Below, one piece after another: positions 10,085 through 18,829 of a stretch of 64,000 bases of DNA. The number at the start of each line of letters is the position of its first letter. Within the stretch, counting starts at the first letter, position 1. The position numbers and the translations under genes were made by a program. The stretch is from the IMG/VR virus record IMGVR_UViG_3300029305_003178, positions 128,001 through 192,000 of that record. One strand, given 5' to 3'. The stretch comes from a virus. Taxonomy: Duplodnaviria > Caudoviricetes. A model generated the notes under the pieces. That model was not told the DNA's origin and made no database searches. It was given only the letters and a program-made list of their open reading frames with translations.

Positions 10085-10348
10085 ATGACAATGATGGTAG
10101 TAGAAGAAAGAAGAAATAGAAGAGGGAATCTTACATTCCGGAGATACTCCAATGGATATGAGGAATATTGGAAGTATACAACGGAAGGATTCCTCAAATC
10201 TCACACAGACAATCGTGGATATGAAATGAAATATCCTGATTGTGATGTGATGGATCCCTGGGATAAGGATGTTAAAGAAGACGTCTTATCTAGGGAATAT
10301 GAAAACGATCTCGATGCTAAATACGGCATCATTAGAGATTTTAACTAA
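10085..10348 (+). CDS. Early hypothetical protein with short beta-hairpin (YD-like) repeats
   Basis: AAGGAGGA RBS before ATG 10085; RGNLTFRRYSNGYEEYWKY..G pattern. Confidence 0.7.
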   Translation: MTMMVVEERRNRRGNLTFRRYSNGYEEYWKYTTEGFLKSHTDNRGYEMKYPDCDVMDPWDKDVKEDVLSREYENDLDAKYGIIRDFN

Positions 10349-10370
10349 TTTTTAAAAGGAGGTAATTAAT

Positions 10371-10586
10371 ATGTCACGAGCATACAATTATAACGTAAGA
10401 GAATTCCGGAGAATTCTCATCGATAATGGCTATGAGTTTAAACGACAAACTGGTAGCCATCAAATCTGGGTGCGTCCAGATGAACATGGGAATGATATGG
10501 ATGTAATCAACATTCCCGCAACAAGCATTAACGCAATGCTTGCAAGACGTGTTATTAAAGAGCACAAATTATATGTTTATAAATAA
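10371..10586 (+). CDS. hicA: HicA-family mRNA interferase-like protein
   Basis: 71 aa, REFRRILIDNGYEFKRQTGSHQIW...INIP; carries the HicA GSH motif; strong RBS. Confidence 0.8.
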   Translation: MSRAYNYNVREFRRILIDNGYEFKRQTGSHQIWVRPDEHGNDMDVINIPATSINAMLARRVIKEHKLYVYK

Positions 10587-10615
10587 TTTTTACATACATT
10601 AAGGAGGTAACTAAA

Positions 10616-10984
10616 ATGAAAATCACAGCAGATATGTATATGGTGAAAAATTTCTACGAAACAAAATTACGAGTGATGCGTGAAGAACTGGATAATGATA
10701 TGTATATCGATGACCATAATGGAGAATTGAAAAAACCTGCAGGACTTGCAGTTCTTATGACTGGAGATGTTTGCCCAATCTTCAATTCTCGTTATTTCAG
10801 TCTTAATCCACTGGTTGAGGGTAGAGATTTCAGAATCCATCTGTCTAGATGCAGCACAGGTGGAGTAGTACAGCCCATGTACTATAATAATGATATTGGT
10901 AAGGCGATCAGTGCTTATAACGCAGAAATGATGCGTTACCCCAGAAAGCAGATCGCCGCATATATTTTATTCGAGGAGGAATAA
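10616..10984 (+). CDS. Early hypothetical protein
   Basis: 122 aa; AAGGAGG RBS. Confidence 0.75.
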   Translation: MKITADMYMVKNFYETKLRVMREELDNDMYIDDHNGELKKPAGLAVLMTGDVCPIFNSRYFSLNPLVEGRDFRIHLSRCSTGGVVQPMYYNNDIGKAISAYNAEMMRYPRKQIAAYILFEEE

Positions 10985-10985
10985 T

Positions 10986-11264
10986 ATGTTTACTAGATAT
11001 AAATTTGGAGAACTAGAAATGCTTGAAATGCCTAACTATTTCGAGGGCTGTGTAACTAGAGAAGAAATCTCTAGAAGAGAAGTCGAAGTAAGTGCAGAGA
11101 TTGCTCGTAAGCATAAAGAGGATATGGATGCTATTGAAAAACGTCATATTGAAAGAATGACTATTATCGATACAATCGGTAAACGCATGGTAGAGTGCAA
11201 TAATTCCGAAGATCTTCAGAAAGAAATGGATGCAATGCTTAACGCACTGAAAGGTAAATGGTGA
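10986..11264 (+). CDS. Early hypothetical protein (coiled coil)
   Basis: 92 aa; GAGGAGG RBS. Confidence 0.75.
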   Translation: MFTRYKFGELEMLEMPNYFEGCVTREEISRREVEVSAEIARKHKEDMDAIEKRHIERMTIIDTIGKRMVECNNSEDLQKEMDAMLNALKGKW

Positions 11265-11277
11265 GGAGGATTTAGTT

Positions 11278-11427
11278 ATGAGTGACTTTAATGCATATGT
11301 TTATCTTGAAGAAATCAATAAAGATTTCGAAGAAAAACGTAAGAAATTAAAAGACAAAGAAGACTCCATCAAACATGAAATGGAAAATGATGGATTTGAT
11401 GAAATGTGCGCGGAACTTTTTAAATGA
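11278..11427 (+). CDS. 49-aa early protein missed by the ORF track
   Basis: GAGGAGGA RBS; MSDFNAYVYLEEINKDFEEKRKKLKDKEDSIKHEMENDGFDEMCAELFK; fills the operon gap. Confidence 0.75.
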   Translation: MSDFNAYVYLEEINKDFEEKRKKLKDKEDSIKHEMENDGFDEMCAELFK

Positions 11428-11440
11428 GGAGGATATAACT

Positions 11441-11671
11441 ATGAAGGAAAGAAAAGATTATGTATTCAACATGACACCAGTAGATTTTCTGTGCAATGTA
11501 TTTATCTGGACAGTTGGGGTAAAGGTTTGCTCTCAGTTCGTATGTGACACAATTGTAAAATTTGTCACATTATATAAACAGCATAAAAAAGCATATAAAA
11601 AATATAAAGATGGTATCTCTAAAGGTTTCGAAGAAGCCAAAAGAGATATCATCAAAAACGGTGTAGAATAA
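11441..11671 (+). CDS. Early hypothetical protein, possibly membrane-associated
   Basis: GAGGAGGA RBS supports ATG 11441 rather than 11375; hydrophobic stretch FLCNVFIWTVGV. Confidence 0.7.
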   Translation: MKERKDYVFNMTPVDFLCNVFIWTVGVKVCSQFVCDTIVKFVTLYKQHKKAYKKYKDGISKGFEEAKRDIIKNGVE

Positions 11672-11677
11672 ATAAGA

Positions 11678-11715
11678 AAGAAAGTAGAGATCACTCTCTA
11701 CTTTCTTTTTTTTTT
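11678..11715. terminator. Bidirectional terminator
   Basis: AAGAAAGTAGAGA-tcac-TCTCTACTTTCTT plus T run, between convergent genes. Confidence 0.8.
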
Positions 11716-11716
11716 G

Positions 11717-13915
11717 TTAACTATTCAAATCTGTAAAATCTACAAATACTTCATTATCCTCAAACTCATTATCCATATTTTCATACGAATTAATAAAGTT
11801 TGCACCTCTTAATCTTACTGCAGATTCTCGCTCTGCTTGCAACATTTCTCTATAAATTTTCTGTTGATATGGATCTAATTTTGGAGCTCCACTATTAACA
11901 GTTCGTTTCATAGTTCTCATACTAGAAATCATTTCATCTTCACTAATTAAACCACGCTTCTCTTCTATTAATGCTGCTATATTAAAATCATTTCCTGTAG
12001 ATTCCATTTTAGGAGCAGATTCAAAAAACTGTTTATCAGTTTCACTAAGCATATCAACCAATTGATCATATCCATAATCCATACCTTTATTCATTTCATC
12101 TTCACTTGGAAGAGAACCTCTAACGAATCCATATCTGGATAAGTTATTACCATAATAGTACAGATAGATACACATTAAGAAAGACATAATACTGTCATCG
12201 TGGGCCCCATTAGCGGCTTGGATTTTATTATTCTTTCTAACCAATTTCATAATATCATCTATGATATTTTCACATACAAATACATCTTTATTTTCTTTAA
12301 TTAACCCGCCAAGTAATTCAAACATTCTCTGACGTGATTTTGTACCAGTATAAATACCATAGAGTTTCCTTTTTTCTGCTTGTTTTTCTAAGAAACCTTT
12401 ACTATCAACTTTATCATCCAAGTCTTGCACAAGATCTTTAGAATTATCATAATAAATGTTAGCTCTAACAGAGCTATCTCTAAGATGTTCAAGTACAGCT
12501 TCACCATTGGCGTTTCGTTCAATTGCAAGTATAGATCTAGGGATATATTGTCTAACTAATACATATAATAAATTAATTAAATCTTTTACCCCGATATATG
12601 GAGATCTAAATTCAGCAACTGATTTAAATTCATATGGGTCAAAGATAGTGATCGCACTACTATCTTCATTATAACCATTAGCAACGTCGACACCAATAAA
12701 ATATATTTTATTTTTATCTAATTTAGAATAAATATCTAATTTAAAATATTTAATTATAAAAAGTTCTTCAATAATAGTACCTTTTTTATCAGTGATTGCT
12801 TGCAGATCCTCTGCATCATAAGGGCTAAGATTGGAACCTCTTAAACGCTGTAAAAGGAGTTCTCGTTTAATTTTTAATTTATCACCATTAAGGAAAGAAC
12901 ACATTCTATTGAACCAGTCTTCATCTTTACCAAGCTGTTTATAACTATATTCGATATAGACAATTCTATTTTTAGAGTTCATAAGAATAGTATTTTTAAC
13001 GTCTTCTATATCCATATCATAGAACTTTTCTGTCCATTTGTATGTATTATCCAAAATTGCAAGTGCCTCGATACCAGATTCAGAGTCGAGATCGCCAGGA
13101 GTTGATGTGATGCATCTACCATACATACCTTTATTTCTCTCAGCGTTGGCAGAGGCTGTACTGAATGCTGGACCAGCTGCAGCCATAATAGTACCAATTT
13201 TAGGAATAAATTCAAATTCATCGATAAACTGAATAGGCATAGTGGAACCACGTCCTATACGTTCAGCATCAGTTACAGATCTAGCCTGACCTTTTGTAAC
13301 AATTTTATTTTTAGTTGATTCATTTGCTAATGTTTTTACGTTATCTATAGCTTTAACTTCTTTACCTTCATCGTCTATATGAACTTTAAACTGAAGATAT
13401 TTTGGTAATAAGTCTCTTTGTGTTTTAAGACGGTTTAAGTTTTCAATTGATTTTGGTGCTTCCATATTAAGGAATAAGAACTCAGAGTTTGTTGTACCTA
13501 ATAAAAATGCCCAGTCTAATATCGAAATAACACTCTGTGTTTTACCTATCTGTCGAGGTATTACTAGATAAAAGTCAATACCATTAAGAAAACACCAAGT
13601 TGCAGCTAAATTTGCACGGTTTAATGAATAACTGATACCCTTTGGATTACCTTGGTCTTCGATTCTTGCAACCTCTCTTAAGAAATACCAAGGGTTAATA
13701 ACACATTCATTAATAATTCTAATTATATATTCTTCAGGAAGCATTGGATCGTGAGGATCAATACCTTGTAAACTAGTGTCATATAATTTTAAGAAAAACA
13801 TATGATCTCTGATACCTAATCTTTTTAAGTCCAATGCTGTTTGAATAAATGATATATTTGTTGTCTTCGTATCGTATATATATCTACGAGCCATACAAAT
13901 ATTCACTCCTTTCAT
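11717..13915 (-). CDS. terL: Terminase large subunit
   Basis: Walker A PRQIGKT, Walker B QFIDEFEF, coupling motif ITSTP, nuclease motifs FIGVDVANG and HDDSIMS. Confidence 0.92.
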   Translation of the reverse strand: MKGVNICMARRYIYDTKTTNISFIQTALDLKRLGIRDHMFFLKLYDTSLQGIDPHDPMLPEEYIIRIINECVINPWYFLREVARIEDQGNPKGISYSLNRANLAATWCFLNGIDFYLVIPRQIGKTQSVISILDWAFLLGTTNSEFLFLNMEAPKSIENLNRLKTQRDLLPKYLQFKVHIDDEGKEVKAIDNVKTLANESTKNKIVTKGQARSVTDAERIGRGSTMPIQFIDEFEFIPKIGTIMAAAGPAFSTASANAERNKGMYGRCITSTPGDLDSESGIEALAILDNTYKWTEKFYDMDIEDVKNTILMNSKNRIVYIEYSYKQLGKDEDWFNRMCSFLNGDKLKIKRELLLQRLRGSNLSPYDAEDLQAITDKKGTIIEELFIIKYFKLDIYSKLDKNKIYFIGVDVANGYNEDSSAITIFDPYEFKSVAEFRSPYIGVKDLINLLYVLVRQYIPRSILAIERNANGEAVLEHLRDSSVRANIYYDNSKDLVQDLDDKVDSKGFLEKQAEKRKLYGIYTGTKSRQRMFELLGGLIKENKDVFVCENIIDDIMKLVRKNNKIQAANGAHDDSIMSFLMCIYLYYYGNNLSRYGFVRGSLPSEDEMNKGMDYGYDQLVDMLSETDKQFFESAPKMESTGNDFNIAALIEEKRGLISEDEMISSMRTMKRTVNSGAPKLDPYQQKIYREMLQAERESAVRLRGANFINSYENMDNEFEDNEVFVDFTDLNS

Positions 13916-13966
13916 AAATTAAAGAGAATTACTTATGAATACATCATAAGTAATTCCCATTATATT

Positions 13967-15253
13967 TTATCCTTCAAAGTTTCTAGGTGATTTAACCCAT
14001 AACTGATAAGTTTTATCTAAAACTTTTGTATTCATAATATTAGAGCGAATTCTTTCAAGCTGTTCTTTTTTAGATAATAAAGTAGCTTTAGAATCCTGAA
14101 CTCTATTTGATTTGCCTTCATCAATTAATTCTAATGAATAATTGATTGTCTCCATCATATCATACAATTTATCTAACAGATAGATTTTATCATCATTTGT
14201 ATCAATTCTTTCACTTTCTACAAATAAGATGTCGATATCAGACTGCTGAATTTTTCTTACTTTACCGATAGAACTAAACATTCCTTTTTTAGCTTCAGTA
14301 AGAACTCTCATAACATGTTCATACAGATAAGCTTCTGCCTGTAATTCTGCATACAGGTCTTTAGATTCACCTGTAAACTGTTCAGATAACAGGACTCTAT
14401 ATCTGTCTGTTGTAGCACCAAAGAATTCAGAATAAATGTTCTGAATTATTGTTTTAGTGACTTTAGAAGGAGTCTTAAGCAATTCAACTTTCAGAGCTTT
14501 TTTAAGATCTTTCTTTCTAAATTCTAATTCTTTGATATTATTTATAGTCCAGTTAACAACAGCTTTAACATCTTTTTCCTGATCTGCTTCTGTTTTATTA
14601 ACTAAAGAGTTACCTTGAGAAGCAATTAACTTCTGAATAAAACTATTTAACTGATCACCATAGCCATATTTAACAACAAAAGAATCAGCAATAGTTTCTT
14701 TTTTTCTATCAGAAATTAATGAAAATGATGTTGTTGAGCACATTTCAAGAATACTAAGATTAAATAATTTTCTAATCTTTTCATTTGATGCCAGTGCTTT
14801 CAATCTAAAGTTTAATTTCATTACTGAATATCTTAAAATTCTATTAATCTTATCTGGAATAGACTGAGAATATACTACATGGCCAATTTCATGTAATAAT
14901 ACAGCTGTCATTTCAGAAGGATTAGCTTTAAGATTCATGTCATATAATAAAATACTATCAATTTCTATATACCATGTTTTATTATCATGCCATAAATCTA
15001 CTAATTCATCAGTAGAAGATTTTTTAGATAAAATATTTTCAACTAATTTATCCATAGTAGATTCATCTGGATAAACAGACATACCGAAGAATTCATTTGT
15101 AGTATTATTTACAATAATAACACTAAAATCCATATCAAACATTCTTTTCAGAATGATTTCAATTTTTCTAAGATTTTCGTCAATATTTTCTTTATTTTTA
15201 ATCTTAAAGAAACACTTATCTATTGACATTAAATCATTAGTAGCGATGTTCAT
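13967..15253 (-). CDS. Putative zinc metallopeptidase-like head-associated protein
   Basis: AVLLHEIGH (HExxH) and downstream ETIADSF (ExxAD); lies between capsid and terminase genes. Confidence 0.6.
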   Translation of the reverse strand: MNIATNDLMSIDKCFFKIKNKENIDENLRKIEIILKRMFDMDFSVIIVNNTTNEFFGMSVYPDESTMDKLVENILSKKSSTDELVDLWHDNKTWYIEIDSILLYDMNLKANPSEMTAVLLHEIGHVVYSQSIPDKINRILRYSVMKLNFRLKALASNEKIRKLFNLSILEMCSTTSFSLISDRKKETIADSFVVKYGYGDQLNSFIQKLIASQGNSLVNKTEADQEKDVKAVVNWTINNIKELEFRKKDLKKALKVELLKTPSKVTKTIIQNIYSEFFGATTDRYRVLLSEQFTGESKDLYAELQAEAYLYEHVMRVLTEAKKGMFSSIGKVRKIQQSDIDILFVESERIDTNDDKIYLLDKLYDMMETINYSLELIDEGKSNRVQDSKATLLSKKEQLERIRSNIMNTKVLDKTYQLWVKSPRNFEG

Positions 15254-15287
15254 TTTTTCATCACCCTTTCAAAATTTAATTAAAAAA

Positions 15288-15318
15288 TAGAGAACTCTTA
15301 TTAATTAAGAGTTCTCTA
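15288..15318 (-). terminator. Terminator after the major capsid gene
   Basis: TAGAGAACTCTTA-ttaat-TAAGAGTTCTCTA. Confidence 0.7.
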
Positions 15319-15338
15319 AATATATGTCAATTTAAATA

Positions 15339-17291
15339 TTAGTTAATTGTGTAATCAGCGGATACAACAGCACTGTTGATCATACCTACTTTATAAGCTA
15401 CTACTTTCAGTGTAGCACCTGCTGCAACAGTAATCATACCGTTGTACAGTGTAGATGTTGTATCAGGTGTGTTACCATCCAGTGTGTAGTAAATGTTTAC
15501 ACCAGGAGTTGCACAGCTAACTGTTACAGACTGTGTGCCTGTATATGTACCAGAAGCCAGGCTAATTACGGGAGCTGCAACCTGAGCTGTTACTGCAGCG
15601 TTAGGATCTTTCAGAGCGAACTGATTTTCCAGAATATGGAATTCACCCTGTACAGGCAGTACATGTGTTGTGATGTATCTGCTTGTACCCATGATGTTGG
15701 GTGTCAGAGGTGTCAGAGCGTTTCTGTAAGCGTTTTCGATGTTCAGGCTGTATTTGTAGTGTTTGAATGTGATCAGCTCTTTGGACAGAGGGTAAGCAAC
15801 TACACGCAGACCTCTATCTTTAGGGCATTTCAGTGTAGAAATTACATGAATTCTGTTTTTGTTAGCTGTCATAACACCAAATCTATAATCCAGCTGGATA
15901 CCACCGATCTTAGTATCTTCGTCGATTACCCATCTTACGTTATCCTGAATCAGTGTAACATTGTTGGGATGACCATATACTACAAACATAATATCCTGTT
16001 CTTTCAGCAGAACTTTCAGTTCATCAATAAATCTGTTCAGATCGTATTTCAGTTCTGTATCGATCCACTGAGAACGTGTAACGAATTTGTTTGCAGGAGG
16101 TTCACAGTTGAAGTAGCCCTGTTTTGTAAAACCACCTGTGTAACCGAAAGGCAGGTCTGTTCTTGTTTTCCAGTCATCATACTGCTGGTTCAGATAGCCC
16201 AGAATGTCGCTATCTTCTTTCTGTGTCAGAACTGTGGACATATCAGCAATGATTTCTGTTGTGATATCGAAATCAAACAGTGCTTTATAGTCTTTAATTT
16301 TTTCCAGTGTCAGACCTGTGTTGATTCTGTCACCATCAGGAATTTTCCATTCCATCAGTTCTCTTTCTCTATCCAGTTCGATTGTTCTCACGTTGTTTTC
16401 ATTGGACAGATGACCACCGAATGCAACCTGTTTAATCAGACCTTTTGTAGAAGCACAGGATACTGTACCCCAATAGAAGTCAAACTGACCTGTCAGGATA
16501 TCTTCAATTACAGTACCATCTTCTTTTCTATATTTAACACGAGAAGTGAAAGAACTGTCAGCAGCCATATTAGGTTCAATATGAACAGCGATAGTTTTCA
16601 TTTCACCGTCAACTTCCATTGTAACGGATTTTACATGAACGTCATAAGAGAATGTATCTCTACGAGAAACGCTACCACCATTAGCTTCCAGCAGGTTGAA
16701 ATCCTGGAAAGGCAGTGTGCCACCAACGGGATACAGGACATTAGAAATTTCTACACCTCTGCCTTTACCCATGATTTCTTTATAAGATTCATCATAGAAT
16801 ACGTCAGGAATGTAGTATTTTTTACCCTGTTCGTCTTTCAGGAAACGTCTTTCGAAAGCCGCTTTGATAATGGGTTTTGTAGGAATTTCTGTCATAACGA
16901 TATCTTTGCTATGACCTTCAATGTAAGATTTTTTCAGAACGGGCAGTGTAATACCAACGATAGGAGCCAGTGTAGCAACACCAGATTCTGTCAGCATTTC
17001 CAGTGAGGAGTTTTCAAACAGCTGTTCCATTTTCTGAGGCAGCATTGCATAGAAAGGATCATCTGCACCAACGGAATTTTCCATAACGTCTGCAAGCAGC
17101 ATATCTTTATATGCTTCTTTCAGTGTGTCAACACGGAGAATTTTTGTGATGTCAGTAATTGCATCCATACTATATGTGCTCTGGAAACCTTCGAACAGGT
17201 GTTTTACGTTATCTTTAAAATCTGCATTTTTATCATGTGAAAATGAACCGATAACCTTCAGACTACCGGGATTATCTAAATAATCATACAT
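15339..17291 (-). CDS. Major capsid protein with C-terminal Fn3-associated/chitobiase-C (Ig-like) domain
   Basis: 650 aa with the strongest host-adapted codon usage in the window; propeptide ending LTE|SG; T4 gp23-like central pattern (LEKIKDYKALFDFDITTEIIADMSTVL); C-terminal APVISLASGTY...IYYTLDGNTP. Late motif at 17320-17331. Confidence 0.8.
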   Translation of the reverse strand: MYDYLDNPGSLKVIGSFSHDKNADFKDNVKHLFEGFQSTYSMDAITDITKILRVDTLKEAYKDMLLADVMENSVGADDPFYAMLPQKMEQLFENSSLEMLTESGVATLAPIVGITLPVLKKSYIEGHSKDIVMTEIPTKPIIKAAFERRFLKDEQGKKYYIPDVFYDESYKEIMGKGRGVEISNVLYPVGGTLPFQDFNLLEANGGSVSRRDTFSYDVHVKSVTMEVDGEMKTIAVHIEPNMAADSSFTSRVKYRKEDGTVIEDILTGQFDFYWGTVSCASTKGLIKQVAFGGHLSNENNVRTIELDRERELMEWKIPDGDRINTGLTLEKIKDYKALFDFDITTEIIADMSTVLTQKEDSDILGYLNQQYDDWKTRTDLPFGYTGGFTKQGYFNCEPPANKFVTRSQWIDTELKYDLNRFIDELKVLLKEQDIMFVVYGHPNNVTLIQDNVRWVIDEDTKIGGIQLDYRFGVMTANKNRIHVISTLKCPKDRGLRVVAYPLSKELITFKHYKYSLNIENAYRNALTPLTPNIMGTSRYITTHVLPVQGEFHILENQFALKDPNAAVTAQVAAPVISLASGTYTGTQSVTVSCATPGVNIYYTLDGNTPDTTSTLYNGMITVAAGATLKVVAYKVGMINSAVVSADYTIN

Positions 17292-17307
17292 CTTTCAGCA
17301 CTTCCTT

Positions 17308-18009
17308 TCAATTATTTTTTATATATTTGTTTTGGGTATTTGTTGTAAAAACACTTATTTTTTTAAGCATTTCAATGTTAATTGCAAGGGATTGTGTAAA
17401 ATAGTTATATAAGTATAAATTTTTTACATACGTATTTAATGAATATGTTCTAATAATTAACGTGAATAGAGCATCCTGTATTACTGTAAGATTTTTCTTA
17501 ACTTGTATAACTACTTTATTTATAGTAATGTCTGTTTCTGTTAATGAATTTAATTTATCAATATTATTTTTAACAATGGTATGTAACATTATAAAATCAT
17601 CCAATAAAGCAGCTTTTTTATTAGCTTCTTCTGGATCTTCTTTAGTTTCTTCAGGTTGTTTTTCTTCTGGTGTTTCTTCTCCTACAGGACCATCTTCTGA
17701 TACTTCTTCTGTATCGACATCTTCAGTATAATCAGTAGATTCTTCATCTCCTGTAGTATCTTCTTCACCAGGATCATCTTCTGTATAATCGGTTGCTTCG
17801 CCCTCTTCACCTGTATCTTCTTCAGCAGTATCCTCATCAGTATTTACATCTTCTGAGTAGTCAGCAACCTCATCTTCATCTTCTGTGACATCTATCTCAA
17901 TAGCATCATCATCAGCTTCCATTACTGGACGAATATAACTATTAGATTTAGCCATAGATAATATCTGGAGCATATCCATTAAAACATCACTCCTCGTTGT
18001 TTTTTGCAT
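17308..18009 (-). CDS. Highly acidic head protein (scaffold-like)
   Basis: D/E-rich region with three DY(S/T)ED repeats after VME|A; directly upstream of the capsid gene. Confidence 0.5.
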   Translation of the reverse strand: MQKTTRSDVLMDMLQILSMAKSNSYIRPVMEADDDAIEIDVTEDEDEVADYSEDVNTDEDTAEEDTGEEGEATDYTEDDPGEEDTTGDEESTDYTEDVDTEEVSEDGPVGEETPEEKQPEETKEDPEEANKKAALLDDFIMLHTIVKNNIDKLNSLTETDITINKVVIQVKKNLTVIQDALFTLIIRTYSLNTYVKNLYLYNYFTQSLAINIEMLKKISVFTTNTQNKYIKNN

Positions 18010-18815
18010 TGTAGTTCTATAACACCATCATCCCAGTCACCTTCAATACTAACTTTACAATCTAATGACGAGATTCGTTTGTTAATATTACTCTCTAATT
18101 CCATTGCGGCTTTCCAGAAATATGTGTCAACAGTACTATCAGTTCTTGGATGAGTGGAATATTTATATAAATCCCAATCGAAAATCGGTGCCTCATTTTC
18201 CTCACCATTGTAAAAATCATTGAGTAAATCTTCATAATCTGATTTATCAATATTATGAATAGCACCATTTAATTTATATTTAGAATTAATTTTCTTTAAT
18301 TCTTCTTTAGATATATTAAGTACCTGCGTATATAATTTTTTACGAGAATTCGTATCTGTAGTATTATCATTGATCACAATATTAATACCATATGACTTAG
18401 CCATATCTAATAAAGATTTATTAGAAATTAATCTTGTTTTTACTATGTTGCTTATATTGACAGAATCTCCATACTTTCCAGGTTTACTTATTTTCATACA
18501 AGTCAATTCATATAGATAAACTTCTTTATTTAGCTTATCTTTATTTTTAGAATTTACCAGTATGGATCCTTGACCATCTATAATATTAGTCTGGTACTTA
18601 CCCATCCTCTCAGCCTTACCATTTGGTCCATCATACTTACTACCAACTTTAGATAAAACTGCATGTTTTGGATTGTTATATACAAAAACATAAGATTTTT
18701 TCTTATTTATATCAATCTTATTATAACTACAGGTATAAACTTTTACAGGAAATAAACCTTCTACTATTGGTGAAGTATTACTCTTACTATATGATATAAT
18801 ATCTATAATATTCAT
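17979..18815 (-). CDS. Hypothetical protein in the head operon
   Basis: 278-aa ORF; N-terminal IVE|G motif. Confidence 0.65.
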   Translation of the reverse strand: MNIIDIISYSKSNTSPIVEGLFPVKVYTCSYNKIDINKKKSYVFVYNNPKHAVLSKVGSKYDGPNGKAERMGKYQTNIIDGQGSILVNSKNKDKLNKEVYLYELTCMKISKPGKYGDSVNISNIVKTRLISNKSLLDMAKSYGINIVINDNTTDTNSRKKLYTQVLNISKEELKKINSKYKLNGAIHNIDKSDYEDLLNDFYNGEENEAPIFDWDLYKYSTHPRTDSTVDTYFWKAAMELESNINKRISSLDCKVSIEGDWDDGVIELQCKKQRGVMF

Positions 18816-18829
18816 AATATCACCACCAA

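Noticed and set aside
15636-17006. 456-aa plus-strand ORF antisense to the major capsid gene
   Set aside because: Shadow ORF: the capsid gene avoids TTA/CTA/TCA codons, which removes antisense stops. No RBS, and the composition is not protein-like.
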